The notes under the pieces: generated by a model | What the model was told of the DNA's origin: nothing | What the model saw: only the letters and a program-made list of their open reading frames with translations | The model's database searches: none | Translations under genes and position numbers: made by a program | Assembly (NCBI GenBank): GCA_951406725.2 | Contig: OX597835.1 | Location: forward strand, 38,006,001 to 38,070,000 | DNA length: 64,000 nt | Source: Octopus vulgaris | Taxonomy: Eukaryota | Direction of reading: 5' to 3' | Shown: in pieces, positions 55,714 through 64,000 of the stretch | Numbering within the stretch: position 1 is the stretch's first letter | Layout of the letters: every line of letters starts with the position of its first letter

Positions 55714-56369
55714 TTTGTTACATGATTGGCGTATGGGATATCATTGTGGTTTTGTAGGGTTGTGTGATCATTGGCATTGCAGTGTATACAATGTACTTGC
55801 AGCATTGTGTATGTGTATGTATGTGCATGTGTGTGTGTGTGTGTGTGTACATGTGGGTGTGTGTGCGTGCGTACATGTGTGTGTGCATGTGTGTGTGTGT
55901 GTGCATGTGTGTGTGTACATGTGTGTGTGTGCATATGTGTGTGTGCATATGTGTGTGTGTGCACGTGTGTGTGTACATGTGTGTGTGTGCATGTGTGTGT
56001 GTGTGCGTGTGTGTTTACATGTATGTGTGTGTATGTGCATGTGTGTGTGTGTGTGTACATGTATGTGTGTGTGTACATGTGTGTGTGCATGTGTGTGTGC
56101 ATGTGTGTGTGCATGTGTGTGTGCTTTGCATACATGTTGTGTGGCAGTGTGTGATCTAGTAGAGGTGCTCTGATTTGTTTGGTGTAGTAGTAATGTTGTG
56201 TGTGTTATATAACAGCGATGTTGTAGTGTTGTTGTGTGGTTGTTGTGCATATCATGTAGAAGTGGTATTGACTCTGTGATGTGATGGTTGTGTTATAGAG
56301 TGAATGCGATGCTGTAGTTGTGCTGTAGTGTATACCCTGTGCTGGTGGTTGTGCTCATTATGAGTAAAA

Positions 56370-56570
56370 GCAGCAGCAGCAGTAGTAGTAGTAGTAATAG
56401 TTGTAGTCATAGTAGTATTAGCGGTAGTGGTGTTGGAAATGGAAGTAGTAGCAGCAGCAGCAACAACAGTAGTATCAGCAGTAATATTAGTAGTGGTAGT
56501 AGCAGCAGTAGCAGCAGCAGTAGTAGTAGTAGCAGTAGTAGTAGTAGTCATGGCAGTAGTAGCAGCAACG

Positions 56571-56661
<91 letters not shown>

Positions 56662-58105
56662 CAGCAGTAGTAGTAATAGTAGTTATTGTAGTAGTAGTAG
56701 TAGTGGTGGCGATCGTAGTAGTGGTGGTGGTGGCAGAAACAGGCCAAGGAGATTACCACACACGGAAGAGACATATTTAATGTAATTACCACCATCCCCT
56801 CCACCCGTTCCCCTCACCACTGAGAGACGGATTCTATATTTGGGTGGGACCTAATTCTCTCTCTCTCTCTCTCTCTCTGAGTGGGTGCTCTAATTTTTTT
56901 TCCAAATGGGGTGGGGATGGTGGGGAGACACCGATGCGTAATGGGGTTAGACTTATAGTGATGATGGTGGTGATGGTGCTGCTAGTGACGGTGGTGGTGG
57001 TGGTGGTAGTGGTTGTGGTGGTGGAGTTGATGATGTTGCTGTTTAGCCCGCAGGTCAGCTCTAGTGGTGGTGGTGGTAGTGATGATGTCTGTGGTGTGGC
57101 AGTGGTGGTGGTGGTGGCGGCGGTGGCGGTGGTGGTGTTGGCGGTGGTATTGGTGTTTGAGGTGGTGGTAGTGGTGTTTTGTGGCGGTGGTGGTGGTGGT
57201 GGTGACGGTGGCGGTTGTGGTGTTGGCGGTGGTATTGGTGTTTGAGGTGGTGGTAGTGGTGTTTGAGGTGGTGGTGGTGGTGGTGGCGGTTGTGGTGGTA
57301 TTGGTGGTGATGATGATAGTGTTGGTGGTGATGGTGGTTGTATTGATGATGGTTTTTGCTGTTTTTGTTGTGGTGGTAGTGACGGGGTGGGGTTGTTATT
57401 GTTGTTGCTATTGTGGTGGTGGTGGTGGTGGTGGTGGTGGTGATTGTTGTTTAGCCCCAGGTCAGGCTCTGGTGTTGAAGATGGTGTGATGGCAGTGACA
57501 ATGACAGTGATGATAGTAGTAGAGGCAGTGGTAGTGGTGACGATGGTGATGGTAATCATAGGGGGTGGGCAGCAGGTAGATGGGGAAGTGTTAGAGTGGT
57601 GGAGATAAACAGAGAGAGAAAAAGAAACCTAAGGAGGAGGGGGTAGAGAATTTAGAGAGGCGAGGGGGGGGGCTTGTCAGTGTTATTTACTCAGCTCTTT
57701 ACAGTTAAAAGTAATTTTCTCCAAGCTGTTGTTATTGTTGTTGTCGTTGTTGTTGTTGTCGTTGTTGTGTCATCCCCTTGCAGTCTGGACCCCTCAGTCT
57801 TTTAGCTGACTCACACTCTACCAGTTTTTTGGCTGAAGGAATTGCTGCCGGTGGTAGCGGCGGCAGCGGCGGCAGTAGTGGTGGTGGCAGTGGTGGTGGT
57901 TGTTGCTGTTGTTGTTGGCAATGGTGATAGTGATGGTGGTGGTACCAGTTGTGGTGGTGGCAGTGGTGGCGGTGGTAGCAGTGGTTGTTGTTGTTGGTGG
58001 TGGTGGTGGCGGCGGTACCAGTTGTGGTGGTGGTTGTGGCGGCGGTAGTGGTGATACCAGTGGTGATGGTGGCAGTGGTGGTGGTGGCAGTGGTAGCAGT
58101 GGTTG

Positions 58106-58137
<32 letters not shown>

Positions 58138-58460
58138 GGTGGTACCAGTTGTGGTGGTGGTTGTGGCGGCGGTAGTGGTGATACCAGTGGTGATGGTGGC
58201 GGTGGTGGTGGTGATGATGATGGTGGTGGTGGTGGTGGTAATGATAATAAGGATGATGGTGGTAGTGGTGGTGGTGGTGGTGGTGATGATAATGATGATG
58301 GTGGTGGTAATGATAATGAGGATGATAGTGGTAGTGGTGGTGGTGGTGATGATGATGATGGTGGTGGTGGTGGTAATGATAATAAGGATGATGGTGGTAG
58401 TGGTGGTGGTGGTGGTGGTGATGATAATGATGATGATGGCAGTGATGGTGGTGGTAGTAG
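56370..58460. repeat. Trinucleotide (AGT/GGT/GAT) low-complexity block with higher-order repeat units
   Basis: Repeated units GGTACCAGTTGTGGTGGTGG and AATGATAATAAGGATGATGGTGGTAGT; a duplicated GTTTAGCCC(C/G)CAGGTCAG motif. Confidence 0.85.
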
Positions 58461-59342
58461 TATTTCCAAGAGGAGGTGGAAACTTCATTGAAGAACTCCT
58501 TCACTGATCCTTCGACCTCCCTTTTTCTTGATGAAGCATCATGAGCACACAAAACGATCCATGGATCGGAACAAGTAAAAATTCTAGGGGGCCTGATTCC
58601 AGACTTTATATGTTGGGTGAGGCATCAGCTTGATTCACTCAATTTCCGGGTTGTGTGTTGCACCTAGAAAGTTCTCCTTCAAGATACAAGTCCAGGCAAG
58701 GTTGTATCTCGAAGGGGAACTTCCTAGGTGCAACCCTATGGTCATTTCTGACTGAAGGGGGTCTTTACCCTTTATGTAGTAAATATATAAAGTGAAGGCA
58801 CATAGCTCAATGGTTAGAGCTTTGGGCTCACAGTCACGAGGTAGAGAGTTTGATTCCTGGACTGGGCTGTGTATTATGTTCTTGAGCATGACACTTTATT
58901 TCATGTTGACTGGATATGATTTTTGGAATCATTGCATCCATTTTTTGGTACATTTTCTAAAGTTCTTTTGAAGAATTCTTGTCATTTCAAACTTCTCATA
59001 TTCTTTGTGTCTTGCTTTGCACCAAAATGTCGTCTTTTATAATGTCTACTAAATATTATTTTTTAAAATTATTTAATTTTAACAAATTTTTTTAATTTGT
59101 TTCATTTTTTTGGAATTTTAAATTTTAGCATTGATAATTTACATTTTAATGCATGTTTGTAACAATGAGCAAAATTTCTTGACCACATGCATGTATCTAT
59201 ATTGCCACATGTAAAAAAGACTTGCTTGGACTTGTACCTCATGCAGATATACGCATATATGTATATGTGGATGAGTATATTTTGTAGGTACTAAAGGGCA
59301 AATCTGTGCAAATATATTGTAGGTGTACACACACACACACAC

Positions 59343-59386
<44 letters not shown>

Positions 59387-59850
59387 TCACATACACACTA
59401 ACACCTCCTACGTACATGCATATATATGTGTATATGTATAAACACACACACATACATACACATGCATGTATACATATTCACACATATGAATGTGTGTATA
59501 TATATATATATATATAAATGCATGTATGTCCATAAATGTAAATATCTACATATATATACACACATATGTACATATGTCTATATACAGTGTGTGAATATAT
59601 ATATATACATTTTTATTATTATTTTGCAATTTACTTAATCATAGGTATATTATTGTTATTTTAATTTTAATATTTCTATTACATGTAATTTTCAAGATGG
59701 TGTAATTTAATTGTTCATTTTGAATTGATAAAAGGTAGTTTTTTCTAATTTTTATATATATATATATTATATTTTGTGAAATTTGATTTAGTATTTCTAA
59801 ATTGAATTTTTCCCTGTAAGTTAGGAATAATATTCCCTCAAATAATAATC

Positions 59851-59940
<90 letters not shown>

Positions 59941-60333
59941 CTAAAACCTCTCTAAGAGATCAACGCAGTAGTCATACTGACAAATAATATTCGACACATA
60001 CACACGTGTGCACATGAGTATGCATCAATGCACACTGATGCACATCTAATATTTACACATCTGCAAGTAGTTATTGATGCCTGAAGTGTTACCAATTCTT
60101 GGATCCCCTAAAGCAAAGGCAGGGAATTGCCTCAGATTTAGTTCTAAAAATTTTATTTCCCCTCCATTTTTATTCCTCTCTCTTTCCTTCTTGGTCTAAA
60201 ACTCCGATTGATTCAATTATATTACAGAATCATAATATACCAATTTGTCATGAAATGTTAATGCATTCCTGAAATCCTTCTTCATGCCCTTTTGTAATAT
60301 TTTTCTGTATTTCTGTCCTGTATGTTTTTATAC

Positions 60334-60650
60334 AGTGGAGGCTCAATGGCCCAGTGGTTAGGGCAGCGGACTCATGGCCGGAGGATCACGGTTTCGATTC
60401 CCAGACTGGGTGTTGTGTGTGTTTATTGAGCAAAAACACCTAAAGCTCCACAAGGCTCCAGCGTGGAGTGGTGGTGCCCCTGTTGTACTCTTTCGCCCCA
60501 ACATTCTCTCACACTTTCTTCCTGTTTCTTGAGTAACACTGCGATGGACTGGCGTCCCATCCAGCTGGGGGGAACATATATGCCATAGAAACTTGGAAAC
60601 TAGGCCCATGAGCCTGGCTAGGCTTGAAAAGGGCGCATAAATAAAAATAA
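60334..60650 (+). mobile_element. tRNA-derived SINE family 3
   Basis: Homologous head and body to 8912-9225. Confidence 0.75.
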
Positions 60651-61454
60651 ATGTTTTTATACAGCAAAAGCTCTTTAGAGGTCTTTCTTGCAGTAAGTTC
60701 AACCAGGGATGCAAAATGTGAAAAAGTAATAATTTCCTGTAATGAGTGAAGGTAAGGCTCTGTGGGTTAGGCTCACTTCAAAACCATGTCGTTTCAGGTT
60801 CAGTCCCACTGTATGGCACCTTGTACAAGTGTCTCCTACTATAACCTTGGGCCGACCAAAGTCTTGTGAGTGGATTTGATAGATGAAAACTGAAAGAAAC
60901 CCATTGTATATATATGTGTGTGTGTGTGTTTATGCTTGTCCCCTCTACCATCACTTGCCAACTGATGCTGGTGTGTTTATGTCCCTCTTTTTCAGCAAAA
61001 GAGACCGATAGAATAAGTACTAAGCTTCCAAAGAATAAGTCCAGAGGGCAATTTCTTCCAATAAAACCCTTTAAGGCAGTGCTCCAGCATGACCACAGTC
61101 AAATGACTGAAACAAATAAAAAATAAAAGAGTGTGTGTGTATCTTTTATCTTTTACTTGTTTCAGTCACTAAACTACGACCATGCAGGGACACCATTTTG
61201 AAGACTTGAATTACATATAATAGAAATATTAAAATTAAAATAACAATAAAATACCGATGATTAAGTAAATTGCAAAAAAATAATAAAACATATATAATTG
61301 GTTATATTATATACGTTTTTATTATTTTTTTTGCAATTTACTTAATCATCGGTATTTTATTGTTATTTTAATTTTAATATTTCTATTATATGTAATTTTC
61401 TAGATGGTATAATTTAATTGTTCATTTTGAATTGATAAAAGGTGTTTTTTCTAA

Positions 61455-61492
<38 letters not shown>

Positions 61493-61519
61493 TTAATGGC
61501 CAACGATAAGTATCATTGC

Positions 61520-61945
61520 ATGCTTTGAAACTTGAAGTACCACAGAATTTGGATCAAATAAACTCTCCTTCATTTTCTACAATTCTTTTCCATGTGACTG
61601 GTAGACTTACAATGTCTCTCTTCCAAAATTCACTTGTCTGTGACAGAAAATATTCCTCCATCACTGTCCTGAACTTGCCTACAGAATTCATATTTTCTCC
61701 ATTCAAATGATTTTGAAGACTGTGGAATAAACAATAACCAGATGGAGCAATGTCCGGCAAATATGGTGGGTGGGGTGTCGTTTCCCATTCAAACTGCTCC
61801 AGCCTTTGGAATCTCATCCTCATTGCATGTGGCTGAGCATTATCCCACTGGGATAGCTAAAGATGGTCGTTTTCCTTCTGGTGCTGACTTAAGCCACTCA
61901 AGCACCTCACAGAAAACCTCCTTTGTTATAGTTTAGTTTGGGTTA
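61520..61945 (-). mobile_element. mariner transposase 3' fragment (same family as 44453-45736)
   Basis: QRLEQFEWETTPHPPYLPDIAPSGYCLF...WKRIVENEGEFI, homologous to 44525-44940. Confidence 0.88.
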
Positions 61946-62119
61946 TATTACTGGTATTTAGCATATCAATAAGATAAGTCTGTAGGACTTATGTCCATCA
62001 TTGACTCATCTGAGCTGGCAGGGTTCCAGCTCTGCAAGTTACTCATTGATCCTGGTCGTTGCATTGAAAGAATAAGGATTATAAGAACTGTACAATGAAC
62101 TGTACTAAGATGAGGCTGT

Positions 62120-62994
62120 GGTGATGAGGATGATGGTGGTGGTGGTGGTGGTAGTGGTGGTGGTGGTGGTGGTGGTGGTGGAGGTGGAGGTAGTGATCGT
62201 AACAATGAGCATGTGGTGACGATGATGATGATGATAATGATGGTGGTGAATGCAGTGGTAACATGGATGTGGGTGATGATGACAGTCACCGTTGTTGTGG
62301 TGGTGATGTCGATGGAGATGAGGATGATGATGACGATGATGATGATGGTGATGAAGATGATGATGATGATGATGATGGCGACAATGATGATGATGACGAC
62401 AATGACAATGATGGTGATGGTGGTGGTGGTGGTGGTTGTGGTGGTTGTGGTGGTGATGGAGATGAGGATGATGATGGCAATGGTGATGATGATGATAGCG
62501 GTGGTGGTGGTAATGATGATTATGATGATGAAGATGATGATGATGATGACGACGACAATGATGATGATGATGATGATGATGACAATGACAATGATGATGA
62601 TGGTGGTGGTGGTGGTGATGATTATGATGATGATGACAATGATGATGATGATGATGATGCTGATGATGATAGGGCTAGTGATGAAGTTCATGGTGACAAC
62701 AATGCTAATGGTGGTGGCAGTGGGGATGGCAAGAATTATTGATAGAGGATAACAATGGTAATAATGATTTTGTTATTGTTGATGGTGATGGTGATGGTGG
62801 TGGTTGAGGTGGCGGTGCCGGTGGTGAGGATGTTAATGATAATTGTTGTGATGCTGTTGGCAATGATGGTTAGAATTGTATGGGAAGAATTCTAGAAGAT
62901 GATGATGTGTGAGTTGCTGGTGGCGGCGGCGATGGTGGTGACGATGGTAACACTGGTGCTGGTGATGGTGATGATGATGACGATGAGATGATGA

Positions 62995-63028
<34 letters not shown>

Positions 63029-63060
63029 GGTGGTGGTGGTGGTGGTGGTGGTGATGATGA

Positions 63061-63094
<34 letters not shown>

Positions 63095-64000
63095 GGTGGT
63101 GGTGGTGGTGGTGGTGGTGGTGGTGGTGGTGGTGGTGGTGGTGGTGGTGATGATGATGATGGTGACGGTGATGATGATAGTAGTCATGGCAGAAGTAGTA
63201 GTGAGTACTGGTAGTATTGGTGGTGGTGGTGGTGGTGGTGGCGGTGGTGGGTTTGGTGGTGTTGGTGGTGGTGGTGGTGGTGGTGGTGGTTGAGATGTGT
63301 TCAGGTATCATTTTCACCTTCTTTGCAAGTTTCATCATTCTCCTTGAGTCAGTGTTTGTTGTTGTTGTTGTGTGACGTCATTGATGGATGACTGGTGAAT
63401 GGGGTCGGGGCGTGGGTGGGATGAGAGATGGGGAGAGAGAGAGAGAGAAGGAGAGTGGGAGAGACAGTCACGAAATAACTGAAAATGAGTGAGAGAAACA
63501 AAGATACAGTTATAGAGAAAGAGAGAGAAAGAGAGAGTGTGTGTGTGGGAGGGAGAGAGAGAGAGAGAGAGGGAGAGAGAGAGAGAGAGAGAGATGAGAA
63601 ATAATGACGTGACTCAAACAATTTGTCTTTCTTTGTTTTTTAGTCAGTCATTTGTTTCTTGTTGTGGTTGTTCTTCTTAACTTTTCATCTTGAAGGACAT
63701 CCTTATCGTCAGCATCATCATCATCATCGCCGCCGCCGCCGCCGCCACCACAACCACCACCATTATCATCGTTATCATCACTATCATCATCATTATCACC
63801 ACCACCACCATCATCATCACCACCACCATCATCATCACCACCATCATCATCATCGTTATCATCACCACCACCACCACCACCACCACCACCATCATCATTA
63901 CCACCATCATCATCATCACCACCACCACCACCACCACCACCATCATCAACATCATCATCATCATCATTATCACCATCATCACCACCACCACCACCATCAT
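62120..64000. repeat. (GAT)n/(GGT)n/(CAT)n/(GA)n low-complexity block
   Basis: Direct inspection. Confidence 0.9.

Overview
Eukaryotic, very AT-rich, repeat-saturated animal DNA. The SINE families and repeat landscape look like an octopus (coleoid cephalopod) genome; this is my recognition, not a database result. The window is mostly intronic or intergenic, and nearly all ORFs in the supplied track are artefacts of (TA)n, (CA)n, (GAT)n and (GGT)n microsatellites. One host exon is well supported (6158-6347, +, HEAT repeat, HEATR4-like), and a few small candidate exons occur on both strands. Mobile elements: two TIR-complete but inactivated Tc1-type elements side by side (38582-40254, DD34E; 40388-41654); a mariner (DD34D, 44453-45736) and a second mariner fragment; an R4/Dong-type RLE LINE in a (TAA)n tract; L1/Tx1, RTE and CR1-like LINE fragments; Penelope-like elements (RT and GIY-YIG); piggyBac-like (TTAA) and mariner-like MITEs; and about 30 SINE or LINE-tail copies. 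Most worth following up: (i) about ten hammerhead-ribozyme-like motifs in short Penelope-type modules inserted in (TA)n, several of them foldback palindromes that turn at the ribozyme; (ii) many long inverted repeats, including a ~290-bp hairpin just downstream of the HEATR4-like exon (candidate ADAR substrate); (iii) two neighbouring retroelement relics stripped of G/C; (iv) a phase-compatible chain of antisense micro-exons. No prokaryote-type system (CRISPR etc.) is present, and I cannot claim a definitively new system from sequence alone.
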